The translations under genes were made by a program, and so were the position numbers. Positions 26,330 to 37,939 of a DNA stretch of 64,000 bases are shown piece after piece. How positions within the stretch are numbered: the stretch's first letter is position 1; each line of letters begins with the position of its first letter. The notes beneath the pieces are model-generated. The model was given only the letters and a program-made list of their open reading frames with translations. It made no database searches and was not told where the DNA came from. The DNA is from Neoechinorhynchus agilis (lineage: Eukaryota > Animalia > Acanthocephala), in the NCBI GenBank assembly GCA_051530055.1, contig CM121342.1, forward strand, positions 13,841,480 to 13,905,479, read 5' to 3'.

Positions 26330-26780
26330 GAAGCTGTTAGAATCCCTCAAAGAGAAAAAGTCGGCAAAAGAACTAGAAGAAAAAAAGGCAGCACTCGTGG
26401 CAAGGAAGTCGCGACATTTCAGGTGGAAGAGAATGCATAAAGGAAGCGAAAAATGATACCAATAATGTAAAATCGTGATAGCAACAATGAGAGACTGACA
26501 AATGTGTAGACTGCTCCATATTGGAATCGATTTCCCTGATTGATACACAAAGTGTATCTTTGAGTCCTAGGTGGCAGCTGCTGAAAATATAAGAACGTCT
26601 TAAACAAGAACAATTTGAAGGTTGTCTTTTGCGACCTATGCTAACCGAAGATGATTTAAAAAACAAGGACATTCGGCATTCTTTTTTTCTAAAGTATGCC
26701 AAGGAAGATAGAATTATGCGTTTGCATACAATGTTCATCGTAGCAAAAACATGCATTTTTGCTGCACCAGAAGGTAATCA
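26330..26780 (+). CDS. Probable exons of an unidentified gene
   Basis: Protein-like segments DMKLLESLKEKKSAKELEEKKAALVARK and RLKQEQFEGCLLRPMLTEDDLKNKDIRHSFFLKYAKEDRIMRLHTMFIVAKTCIFAAPE, the latter ending at a GTAATC donor-like site. The exon structure could not be resolved. Confidence 0.3.
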
Positions 26781-28139
26781 ATTGTTTCTCGTGCCTTCTT
26801 CTTTTTTTATCCATACCACAAGCGTTTAGGCGTAAATTTTGCGAAAATCCGCTCGTGCGCACACTTTTAATCGTCGGGTCCATAGTCGTCAGCACATAAG
26901 AGACCAATAAGAACAAAAAGGATTTGTGGAATGCTTATAAACAAGAGATGATATTTCTATCGACAATGTGCCAAACGGGTACCTATTATACAATCAGAAA
27001 GCAATGGGGGGAGGAATCTTACCTTCCACCCTACATCCAAAGAAGTCCTATGAGAAAATGAATTTTAGTTGGTTAAAAAGAGAAAACACACGTCTATTTT
27101 CCTATATTTCTCGTGAAAAATCCTTCAATGAAACATTCGAATTAAAGTGAAATTGACATTTGTTTTCCTTCATTAAAACATAATGAAGCGAAGGACGAGG
27201 TACACAATTCTCCTTCACCCAAATTCTTTGTGCGTGAAGTTATTGAAATACATTTTCACTTGTCACATTGTGACTATAATTCGACTTTTGAAATCTGTCC
27301 GACTTTCTACACTGTCCGATATTCTCTCTTGTCTAAAACCGTCCTCACTTATCGGCATGAAACAAAACTTATTTGTAATTGATTGGAAAAGTCGGCCAGT
27401 AAAAATACAATTCATTATCATTTGTTAAAAGCGACATCTGAATGCGCGAACAGGGGCTAGTTCTCGATTTTTCGCAAACCTTTAACAATGATTAGAAGTC
27501 GGCATTACGTTTTATGGCAATAGAAAACGAATTTAAAGATATTTTGCCCAATAAAGAAGAAATAATCACTCAAAGTGTCCATCATTGTGATTTGCCAAAG
27601 CGAAAACTTTTTATTGGAACATGTGGATGTTTGTAATAGTGAAATTCTGGGAAATTTCGTGAACTATCATTTGACCAGAAAGTAATCGACGCTCTTGACG
27701 GCCGATTCAAACCTTTCAAAAATCAGGTGTGCTCCTAAAGTCGGAAATAAAATTGAAATAGAATTAAGAGTTGGCTCATGCTTTCAGTTTGACTCAGTTT
27801 TGGGTCAATATCACGAACCAGAACTAGAAATCCAAACGAAGACAAAACGATAATTCATTCGAAAATGTCATGCATCAAAGAAAGTCAGTAGCAACAGCGA
27901 TTTGACAAGAAACGTCAACCAAGTATTTGAGATGACAGATAAAAGTGTCCCTTCCTATCTCAGTCCAAATGGGTCGTTCGTAATCACCGCTTGTAGGCGG
28001 TGAGTCGTTCCATTAGTGTAAGACGATCGCTTGACCAATATTCTAAGAATAATACGTTTTATTATTGAACAAAGAAGAGGAACCATGTCCCTTTGGATTC
28101 TCGTGAGCATTCTAAACAAATGATAGGTTCCCTGAATGT

Positions 28140-28790
28140 GGCTATTTATTTTGGAATGGATTACGAGTCCGGGTGGGAAGATCAGGTGTTGTTATGTTCG
28201 TTCTGGTGGGCGAATTAATGTTTATTGCCCACAGGAGCGCTTGTAAGGTTGGTCGTTCCTCTAGTTCATTTCAAGTTCTGATATCCGAGAAGATTGGGCA
28301 GCATGGAAAAAGAAGTGTAGATATAGGGAGGTGCGAAGTTAGGAGGGTGAAACGAATTAGGATTACGAGTTTAATGCTCGTGTGAAAAATGGACGCGATG
28401 TGATAAAAATAATGGTGATAGGGTTGATAGGTGTTTTGTTTGTTTTAGGAAAATAGCATCAAGGCATTCGGTGAGAGGGGGAAAGTCAGCTGTACAAACT
28501 TTAAATGCTCTTTTATGAAGAATTTCAAGATGGCGGATTTGAGATTTGGGAAAGGTTGCAAAAGACGGGATAACCGTATTTGAGGGAGGGTAAAATAAAG
28601 CTGAATGAGGGAGGGTTCTTTCCTCCGGTTCATTTCGGGTAATGGCATCCGAGAACCTTGGTCAGTATGGAAAAAGTAGCAGCGGGCGTTGAGGAAGGAT
28701 GTAAGGAATTGGGATTGCGAGTGTTGTGCTCATGTAAAAAGGGAACACGATGTGGTAAAAACAATGGTGGTAGGATTGATATTTCGAAAT
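28140..28790 (-). mobile_element. Two tandem decayed 3'-end fragments of a LINE (CR1/L2-like RT C-terminus)
   Basis: 28140-28470 and 28600-28790 are mutually similar and match 33560-33980 and 30890-31000. The minus-strand translation PLFLPHRVPFLHEHNTRNPNSLHP resembles the HxHNTRN..LHxP motif at the end of non-LTR ORF2. Confidence 0.5.
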
Positions 28791-28892
28791 AAAAGGAATA
28801 CCTTTCCTGGTTCACGTTTCTAATGAATGCCGGTTTTCGAATGTCAATTGATTATAAGGGAAAACACAATATTTAGTTATATTACCTTGGCC

Positions 28893-28917
28893 TAATAATA
28901 ATAATAATAATAATAAT
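28893..28917 (+). repeat. (TAA)8 microsatellite
   Basis: taataataataataataataataat read directly. Confidence 0.9.
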
Positions 28918-29155
28918 CTGAAGTTAAAAAGCAATCCCTTATTCCGTTCGAATAGTCTTTTCGGTGGGAGAGTCCAGTCGGGTGGGAACGTTCGACAACG
29001 AGTTTGGCAAGTATACGAGAAAAGAATTAATTTATCCGAAATTGCCGAAAAATAAAGTGCTATTCATCACTTTAAGTCGAAGTTCAACCGTACAATTTTT
29101 CAGCAATTTAAGTAAATTAATTCGCCTTAGAAACACTTTTATTTCCCTTAAACAC

Positions 29156-29992
29156 TCACTTTTTTCTTTTTCGTTTACCAAAGTGCTTCTTCTTTTTCCC
29201 ATCATGTTCTTCCTCCCCTTTGAAATCGAAATCAAACTTGGTTATGTCACTAAAACTGGTACCGAAACCGCTCTTTTGCACTCTCTTATCAGCTTTCGTT
29301 CTTCGCAGTCGTGTAAAGGTTTCTTCTTCGTGTTCCTTAATGTCCTGCATTCTTCTTTTCTGTCTACGTGAAATAAATGCATCGGCATCGAAGATTTCGC
29401 TTGGTTTGTCGCTAAACTCTTCCCTCAACTCATTGATCAAATCGCTTCTTTTTGCTCTCCGCTTTTCATCGTGCTTTCGTGACTTATCATCGTAATACAC
29501 GGGATCAATGCGAGGGGGAACGTATTTCTTAGTCTTCATAACTGATCCGTCTTCGTCGTCTTCGGAACGGTCATCATCTTGTTGATCCACAAATGCCGCA
29601 ATATTTGGTTTGTGGGCCAAATCAGGATTGTCTTTGTTGTCAGCAGCACGAATTAGTGCCTTTACCTGATTTTTAATCCGAACTTCCAAAGGATAAATCT
29701 TATCAATGACAACACGCAACTCTTTTAGATTTCGAATAATCTCTTCATTTATAAGGTCGGCTCCGGTCACACGGAGTTTCACGATCTCAAGTAGCCCCCA
29801 CATATACTGTATTTGTCAGTGGTTCAAACAAATAGTCGCGTTGCTGAAATACTGACCGAAGTGGCAAACCATTTTAAGATCCAAAAGTGAAATTCCTTCA
29901 TTCGATGCCAATTGCTTAGATTGTTCCAATAGCAGTTCGAAATTCGACTTCAGTTTCAAAATACTCACAACTACATCGTCATTCCCTTCCAT
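29156..29992 (-). CDS. NGDN: Neuroguidin / Lcp5 (Sas10/Utp3/C1D domain; SSU processome)
   Basis: EGISLLDLK | YMWGLLEIV...LKELRVVIDKIYPLEVRIKNQVKALIRAA...KKYVPPRIDPVYYDD...RSDLINELREEFSDKPSEI...KEHEEETFTRL match the NGDN motifs. One short intron lies at ~29809-29872, and the C-terminus is basic. Confidence 0.88.
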
Positions 29993-30255
29993 TGCACGGA
30001 GAGAAGTTCGTACCTTGACTATGGTGGCTTTACTGTTCGAAAGACTGAGACATTTCGTCGTCAGCGCGGAAGAAGTGAGTAACAAAGCGAAGACTTTCTA
30101 TCGGGAAACAACTCCATATTTGGTAATCTTGTGATACGTAAACTTCGTTCGCCAGTGTCACATTCATCGAACGCGATTAAATTTTTTAAAAAACAAAGGC
30201 ATCTTATCGTTTTTCTTTGTTTTGAAATAGTCTCAAAATCTGCCCTTTTATATTA

Positions 30256-30337
30256 TGGCGGATATCGCATTCAATAAATTACTTCAATTTTTCCGCCATA
30301 TAAAAACCCATGAACAATTCAATTTTAAAACAATATG
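30256..30337 (+). repeat. Short dispersed repeat, copy 2 (TCCGCCA family)
   Basis: TGGCGGA 30256-30262 / TCCGCCA 30292-30298, then AAAAACCCATGAACAATTCAAT, as at 19461-19520. Confidence 0.6.
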
Positions 30338-30889
30338 AAATCAACAGATTTGTCAGTTCGAGTTTTAGCGATTAAATAAATCACTGCGATAAGTCGTTTT
30401 CTAAAAATGGCATTTCTTACGTGCACCAAATTAAAAAGTCTTTGGGAATAAGCTAATCATTTTATTCGATTGCACTTCGTCGAACTGAGAACAAAATCAT
30501 TTCGATTAATCTCACCAATTATATTGATCGGCTAATTTGAGTTGCTGTTTCCAAAACAGTATCGTGACCAAATTTTTGCATTAATGCCTATTTATTATCA
30601 TGTTTGAAAAAAAATATTGAAAATTTCTCAACAAAATAAAAATGGCGTACATTAAAAATAGCAAATACAGAGAATTTCCGGATGAAAGCATCTTACAGTT
30701 CATTTCCTTAGAAGCTTATTTATAAACTGCAATGGAAATAATACTTAAGTACGAGAAAGTGCACCCAAGTTTTTTTATAGATATCGTATTAAAAATTAAA
30801 TTCAAATTAGAGAAGACTAATAATAAAACCTTTTATCTTATTCAAAGAAGAGAAACTAACGTCGTAAACACGCGAACCATATAAAATGA

Positions 30890-31000
30890 ATGTGTTTGTT
30901 TATTTTGGAATGGATTACGAATCCGTTCGGGTGGAATAGTTGATGACTATACTCGCTTTTAAGGAGAGTTTGCTAGGTTGGGTCTTTCCTCCGGCTAATT
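30890..31000 (-). mobile_element. Third short LINE-end fragment
   Basis: Shares tttattttggaatggattacga(a/g)tcc with 28146-28172 and ttcctc(c/t)(g/a)g with the other copies. Confidence 0.4.
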
Positions 31001-31361
31001 TCATGGAGAAGATTTGCATTTTTGGAAAGGCGCCCGAGACATTATACTTCTCGAAAGAACATTCCACTAAGCGATGGATAAATCTGATTATTTTGATCGG
31101 GATTCCAGTCTGATTCCGAAATGGATAATATGAATCTTTTGTTGTTTAGTGATCAGACGGTGTATAGAAATGCTTGAAGTGAAGTCTATGGTAGTTTTTC
31201 CCCTAAAGTCTCCACGTGGCGTTTTGAATAGTCATTGTTACTGCAAGCGAGATATCGCACTCCGAGACGCCGTATGAAACTTTAAATCGTTTTCCGTCTG
31301 CGTAAACCCGTCTTTTTCCTCCCGCGCGCTTGCAATCGTTTTCCCTCGTTGTGAATTCAGA

Positions 31362-31907
31362 ATGTCTTCGTCGGCGGTTGATCAATGCCCAATTTACTCT
31401 CCATTCTTCGGTGTGATGGGAGCTGCATCGGCTATCATATTCTGCGCTTTTGGTTCTGCTTACGGAACGGCGAAAAGCGGATGTGGAATCGCAGCAATGG
31501 CAGTGATGAAACCTGAACTAATCGTTAAATCATTGGTTCCAATCATCATGGCCGGTATTCTGGCAATCTATGGTCTTATTGTGGGTGCTGTGATCGCTTC
31601 AAGAATGGACTACCGATCTTATTCATTATTTAGGTAAGATTCTTGTTTTTAGTTATTAAAGAAATCGATTAATTCTCTTAGGGGTCTGACTGATCTCGGT
31701 GGTGGTTTAGCCGTTGGAGTTACGAGCGTGGCCGCCGGATTCGCTATTGGTGTTGTTGGTGATGCCGGCGTCCGTGGAAGTGCACATCAGCCACGTCTGT
31801 TCGTGGGAATGCTCGTTATTCTCATTTTTGCCGAAGTTCTCGGACTATATGGAACTATCATTGCACTTCTGCTCATCACAAGAGATGCTCCACTTTGCAC
31901 TCCATAA
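31362..31907 (+). CDS. ATP6V0C: V-type H+-ATPase 16-kDa proteolipid subunit c
   Basis: [32 protein letters not shown]...[23 protein letters not shown] 48-nt intron at 31634-31681 is followed by [39 protein letters not shown] (proton-binding Glu kept). TAA at 31905-31907. Confidence 0.97.
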
Positions 31908-32594
31908 TCAATGCACAGTTTGAATCTCAACACGAAGCATTTTTTGCGAGAATAAAAGAGAATTTGAATTTGAACACTCATTGTATTCTCGCATTTATTT
32001 CGGATTCTTCACGTTTCAGATGAGTCCAATTGTGACGATCGTTACATTGAACGCAACTAGCAACGAAGTCATAAATGCAATCAGTGCGTCTAATGTCTTA
32101 GACGGTTTTTAATTTGAAAAATTAAAACAACTGACTTCGATTCGACAAAATGTTCTTTCCTGGAAATAGTCAACACTTATAGCAATCAGACGCATTCCAA
32201 GCCAGTTGCTCAATTTTTTAAACATTAATTGATTCTGGGCACCAACTTTTTTTCGGGCTTTTTTAATTAAAACAAATCAGAAAATGATTTCGTTTTCCAA
32301 AGACTTTTTTGTTCACATCAAACCAATGTATTTTGAATGTCAATTGAACTTTCTGCTGACCTAAAACTACTGTGACGCTCAAGCAGAGGGAGGTTTTTCT
32401 ATAAGAGTTTGTGCTTTCATTTTGTGAGATGGTCAAAATTTTGTGGAAGTGTTTTATGACTGCGTAGGTATATAAAGTATGACTTTGATGCCGATTGTTT
32501 ACCCTTATTTGAGACAGTAGACGAGCTAAACGCACTAAGTGACGTCAGTAAAAACCAAATAGTCGTAAATCAAAAATCGGCGCAGCAATGGTCC

Positions 32595-33178
32595 ATGTCG
32601 ATCTGCTGCAAATATTATTCTCTTAGTGATATATCGATAATTATGACAGAAAGCGAAATTTTGCCACTTCAAAAGACTGATCTTTGCCTTGTTTACCTAG
32701 GAAATGATTACGACTATCGAAATCTAATTCGTTCAATCAACACAATTAATAGTTATAGCATAGAAGCCGTCACGCTTATTGGACAATTCGATGGTCACTA
32801 CGATATTGTTCGTCAACTCCGAGAAATGGGTTGCTTCGTAATTGACAAGGATATGGATGATGGTGAGGATGATTGGCTTAAAGCGCAAAGTGGAATATCC
32901 TTCACTAAGGGGAAGTGCGATTGGATATCTACTTTAATAATGCACTCGTCTCTGCTTTTCTCACTCATCAATGGAAACTTGAAGACCATGAACTCGAGAA
33001 AAATGTCGTAGAAGTTTCAAAAATGCTCTCTGACGAAGACAATCTATTTGAGATAAGGCCAAAGCTACTGGAAATCGCTAAACGCAATAAGCGCCTGAAA
33101 GATAATCACCGAAGGTTCACCAATGCAGAAACAATTGCTCTAGCCTTCAGTCAAATAATATCTGAAGAATTCGATTAA
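32595..33178 (+). CDS. Orphan two-exon gene (~165-180 aa)
   Basis: Removing a 47-nt GTGAGG...CTAAG intron (32863-32909) joins ORF 32595-33011 in frame to ORF 32915-33178 (...DKDMDDG|EVRLDIYFNNALVSAF...). The start may be 32595 or 32643. No family recognised. Confidence 0.65.
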
Positions 33179-33429
33179 TAGTAAATTGAGTTATGATCAT
33201 CTCATTTGCAATTTGTGAAACGATCAAAAAACAGAATAAACACAATTAAATACTAGACGCATGCACAAAGAATCGTTTTGTTTCCTGAAAATTTACAATT
33301 AAAAGAGTAACTCTGATAGACATCGAAACTACCAGAAAATATTAATGGATTCATCCTAGTAAGTTTTTACACGATCTTAAATATCGTATGGAAAATAGCA
33401 TATGATAAAAAAATTTACTTCCCATAATT

Positions 33430-33500
33430 TTTATTTAGGCCATCATCCGGTTAATAATTTTTTTGTAAAAGACATTTCGAATCTCGTCGGGTTATAATAA
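33430..33500 (-). repeat. Single degenerate arm of the HHR-family element
   Basis: tatttaggccatcatccggttaataatttttttgtaaaagacatttcgaatctcgtcgggtt aligns with 10212-10271 and 9191-9248. Confidence 0.6.
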
Positions 33501-33559
33501 TAACACGTTTATTGTTGAAAATACAAACAAAGAATAGGAGAACCCATGTACATTTGGGT

Positions 33560-33981
33560 TCTCATAAACATTCAAGTTCACAATTGTTCATCCAGTCGAG
33601 GGATGGCCGTTCGGGTGGTAATATCTGGTCGGAGGGGTGTCTATTCGGATAGGAACTATCCAGTCGGGGGATGTTCGTTCGGGGAGGATGTGTCCGTTCG
33701 ATTGAGAAGATCCGGTTGGGTTGGAAAGCCCGTTCTGGTGGGAATTGGTGTTTATAGCTCGCAGGAGCGCTTGTAAGGTTGGCCTTTCCTCTGGTTCATT
33801 TCAGGTTTTGATATCCGAGAAGATTGGACATCAAGAAAAAGGAGCGTAGGTATAGAGATAGGAGGATGAAACGTATTAAGATTACGAGTGTTGTGCTCGT
33901 GTGAAAAGAGAGCGATATGTGGAAGAAATTGTGGTGCTAGGTTGATTGGCGTTTTGATTGTTTTATGAAAATAGCATCAAG
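33560..33981 (-). mobile_element. LINE 3'-end fragment interrupted by the RTE insertion
   Basis: Homologous to 28140-28470. The similarity stops at gaaaatagcatcaag (33981), exactly where the RTE 5' sequence begins. Confidence 0.55.
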
Positions 33982-36960
33982 AACGCAGCCGTTGGAGTGA
34001 CTCGGTGCCGGTCCGAAGCCCGGACAAATGGGGAGGGTTGGCGTCAGGAAGGGCATCCGGCCGTAAAATCTTGAGCCATAAACACATCAGCAATGTCAAG
34101 TCTAATACCTCCGATCGATCGGGCTCGACGCGCAAACCCGGCGCCCGGGGTTTGTGAAAAATTATTCAAGGTTACCGGATCAACGACGGGTCCAGCTAAA
34201 GAAGCGAGTCGCTTTCAAAATACGAATCGGCACCCAGAACGTAGGTTCAATGACTGGGAGAAGCAGGGAAGTGGCTGATTTGATGAGGAGGATAAAAATA
34301 GAAATTCTTGGCGTTCAGGAGATCAGATGGAAAGGAGGGAAGGTTAAAGAATCGGGCGACGGATTTAAACTGTTCTATAGTGGAGGAGCAAGTGGTGGGA
34401 ACGGAATGGGCGTCATAGTATCAAAGGACATAGTGGACAACGTCGTAGAGGTGACACGAACAAGCGATCGAATAATGGCGGTGAAAGTAAGCGTTAACGG
34501 CGAAGCCATGACAATAGTTTCCACGTACGCCCCACAAGTCGGTTGTAGTGAAGAGGAGAAGCAGGAATTTTGGCTGGATTTATCGGAAGTGACAAGGCCT
34601 AGGGAGGATCGATGCGTAATAACCGGTGATTTCAACGGACAGGTGGGGGCGAGAGATGGATACGAGCGAATTCATGAAGGACACAGTGTAGGATCAAGGA
34701 ACACCGAGGGTGTAAGACTATTAGATTACGCAGCAGTGTTGGAGCTGCGTATTTCCAATGCATACTACAAAAAAGACCCACGGCACCTTTACACATACTC
34801 AAGCGGTGGAAGATCAAGCCAAATCGATTTCATTTTGTATCCGATGGGGATATAGGGTGAAATTCAGAATGTCAAGATAATCTCGTGATGGACCTCAATA
34901 TTCGAGGGAAAGCCAAACAGCAGACAACGAGCATTGCGCCGAAAATCAAGTAGTGGAGGCTAAAGGATCCTATACTCAGGGAAAAGATGAAAATGGTGCT
35001 CACCCAAAAAATTGAGCGAGAATGTGGCTGAACTGGAACGATAGTGGAATGAGACAGCCGAAGCGATTCGTAGCGAAGCAAAGAACATCCTAGAATGACA
35101 TCGGGGAAACCTCTACCCCAAAACAAAGAGGCATGGTGGTGGAGTCCAGCCGTCAAGGACGCAATCAGTCTGAAAAAGTCAGCCAGGAAAAGATTGGATT
35201 TTGACGCTTCGGCCTCGAATGCAGACGCTTACAAACAGGCAAAAAGGAAGGCCGCACGAGAATGCGTCAAAGCCAAGAGGGAAGGCGATAACGACCTGTA
35301 CGAGCAATTACAGCGAGGGAGTTGTAGAGATATGGTCTTCAGGTTGGCCAAAGTCAGGGATAAAAAATCGCGGGATATCGTGCACCTCAAAATGATCAGT
35401 GATAGCCACGGAAAGACGCTGGACCAATGCAAGGACATTTTGAATAGGTGGAAGGAATATTTCATCACTCTGTTGAACACTGAGAATGACAGACTGCCTC
35501 TAGAGGACGTACACCAGATTGTCAGAAAGACGAGGCCGTACTCGTACGATGAGGTGGCTGCACAGCTCAGGAAAATGAAGACTTGTAGGAGCGTCGGTCC
35601 AGATAACATTCCGATCGAGCTGTGGCAATCCCTAAGAGTCTTCGGAATAAAGTTGCTCACAATGCTCTTTCAGAAGATAGATATGGAGGAAAAGATCCCG
35701 TCGGAATGGCAGGGAAGCATATTGATACCGATCTTCAAAAGCAAAGGAGATGCTCTGCAGTATAGGAGCTATCGTGGCATCAAACTCATGTTTCACACAA
35801 TGAAACTGTGGGAACGAAATGATCGATCACAGGATTAGCGAGGAGATCCGAATCAGCGAGGACCAACGTGGATTCATGCCCGGCAGAAGCACAATCGACG
35901 AAATATTCGTGCTAAGGCAGCTGTATGAGAGGTTCAGTGCAATGCAGTGCCCGTTTCACAGTGTGTTCGTCGATTTGGAAAGGGGGTACGACACGGTCAA
36001 TCGAGATTTGGTTTGGCATTCCTCAGGAAAAGGAATTGCCCCGAACACTGCCGCGATCCAAGCGATGTATCGAGAATGCTACACCTGCATGCGATGCCAC
36101 AGCGGAACGACGGACTATTTCCGAGTCTCCGTGGGTCTGCAATAGGGTTCGGCTCTGAGTCTATTCTTATTCACGATCGTGATAGACGTCCTAGGAAATG
36201 CGGAAAGAGAAATGAGCCCACCATGGACGATACTATTCGCGGACGATTTGGTGCGCACAGCTAGGGACGTGGACACGCTCAAGAATTTGCTGAAGAGTTG
36301 GCGACAGCGATTAGATAGCAAAGGATTGAGAGTGAGCAGGCGCAATACGAAATACATGGGACCGGGTAACCTCGATATGCAAGGAACTCAGATCGAAAAA
36401 ATGAACACCTTCAAATATTTGGGCAGCACGTTAAACATGCAATGTGAGCTCGCACCAGAGATCGGACAAGGAGTTCAATGCGGGTGGAACAACTGGAGGA
36501 AGACAACAGGCATCCTTTGCGATAAGCGTTTCCCGAACAAGCTCAATTGGCGGGTGTACAATGCAGTTGTGCGACCCGCCATGCTCTACGGAGCAGAGAC
36601 GTGGGCTACAAAGAAGGAAGACGTTCAACGATTCGCCGTTAACGAAATGCGGCTGCTGAGATCGTCCGCAGGATTGACACGCAAGGATCGAGTGTACAAA
36701 GAGGAAGTGCCAAAGCTGTTTGCTGTCGAGCCGATCGAGGAGGCAATCGCTAAGAGGCGGTTGTGATGGTACCTGCAGGTGACACAAGCAGATGAAGACG
36801 TCTGAGTGAAGAGCGCATGGAGAATCGAGCTCGAGGGGAAAAGGAGAAGAGAGAGGCTTAAGAAGAGGTGGGAAGACAGTGTAAACGGAGATTTCAAGAC
36901 GCTGAAAGTTATATTGCTCGAGTGCGCGGGATAGCCAAACCCAAAGTTCGGGGACAAATT
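33982..36960 (+). mobile_element. Decayed RTE-clade non-LTR retrotransposon (APE endonuclease + RT), copy 1
   Basis: APE motifs IRIGTQNVGSMTGR, LGVQEIRW, TIVSTYAPQVG, ITGDFNG, YTYSSGGRSSQIDF. RT motifs GPDNIP, YRGIKLM, FVDLERGYD, LFADDLV, FKYLGS, VVRPAMLYGAETW. Multiple stops and frameshifts. Confidence 0.95.
34001..34078 (+). ncRNA. Twister ribozyme (circularly permuted, P3-type-like) in the RTE 5' UTR
   Basis: GCCGGT-CCGAAG-CCCGG-ACAAAT-GGG-GAGGG (34007-34037) matches the twister P4/L4/P2/L1 core (canonical GCCGGUCCCAAGCCCGGAUAAAAGUGGAGGG). It is followed by a closed P1 region and CCG-TAA (U|A cleavage site at 34064/34065). Confidence 0.78.
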
Positions 36961-37013
36961 ATCCGCTCGTTTTTTCCATGATTTTAGCATTGGTTTTTAA
37001 AACGTCGCTGACT

Positions 37014-37934
37014 ATCTTAAGAGGGCAAAAATCGAACAACTTTCAGAAGGGCACTAAAGCGCCTATTACTAACAAACAGCAAGTTGCGGTTCCAAACCGA
37101 TGCCTGATGAAGATATTGGCTTATTGAGTCTCCGAGGGAACTAGAAATTAAAGAAAAATTTAATAAAGGAGTTAAATCTAAGCTTTTGCATAATCCGATG
37201 TCACACTTTCTGTTAATTAATCTTAAAGTTTTATAATTTGTTAATAATATGCGGAAAAGATCAAAGAAAAAGTACCGAAAATCAGACGCAAACTGCAAGA
37301 AGTTTCCTTTGCTGAACATCTTAAGAGGACAAAAATCTAACAACTTTCAGAGGGGCATCTAAAGGGTCTATTACTAACCAACAGTAAGTAGCTGTTCTAA
37401 ACCGATGCCCGATGAAGATATTGGCTTATTGAGTCTCCGAGGGTACAAGAAATTAAAGAAAAATTTAATACTGGAATTAAATCTAAGCTTTTGCATAATC
37501 CGATGTCCCACTTTCTCTTAATAATTCTTAAAGTTTTGTAATTTGTTAATAATATGCGGAAAAGATCAAAGAAAAAGTACCGAAAATCAGACGCAAATTG
37601 CAAAAAGTTTCGTTTGCTGAACACCTTTAGAAGGCAAAAATCGAACAACTTTCTAAAGGGTTCCTAAAGCGTCTATTACCAACAAACAGTAAGTAGTGGT
37701 TCTATACCGATGCCCGATGAAGATATTGGCTCATTGAGTCGCCGAGGGAATAAGAATTTAAAGAAAAATTTAATACTGAAGTTAAATCTAAGCTTTTGCA
37801 TAATTCGATGTCACACTTTCTATTAATTATTCTTAAAGTTTTATAATTTGTTAACAAAATGCGGAAAATATCAAAGAAAAAATACCGGAAATCAGCCAGA
37901 CGTAAATTGCAAGAAGTTTCCTATGTTGAACACC
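37014..37934 (+). repeat. Island of three diverged ~305-bp monomers of the 309-bp satellite
   Basis: The anchor ccgatgcc recurs at ~37097, ~37402 and ~37706. It has the same sequence and orientation as the 52.7-64 kb array but more substitutions. Confidence 0.92.
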
Positions 37935-37939
37935 AGAAA

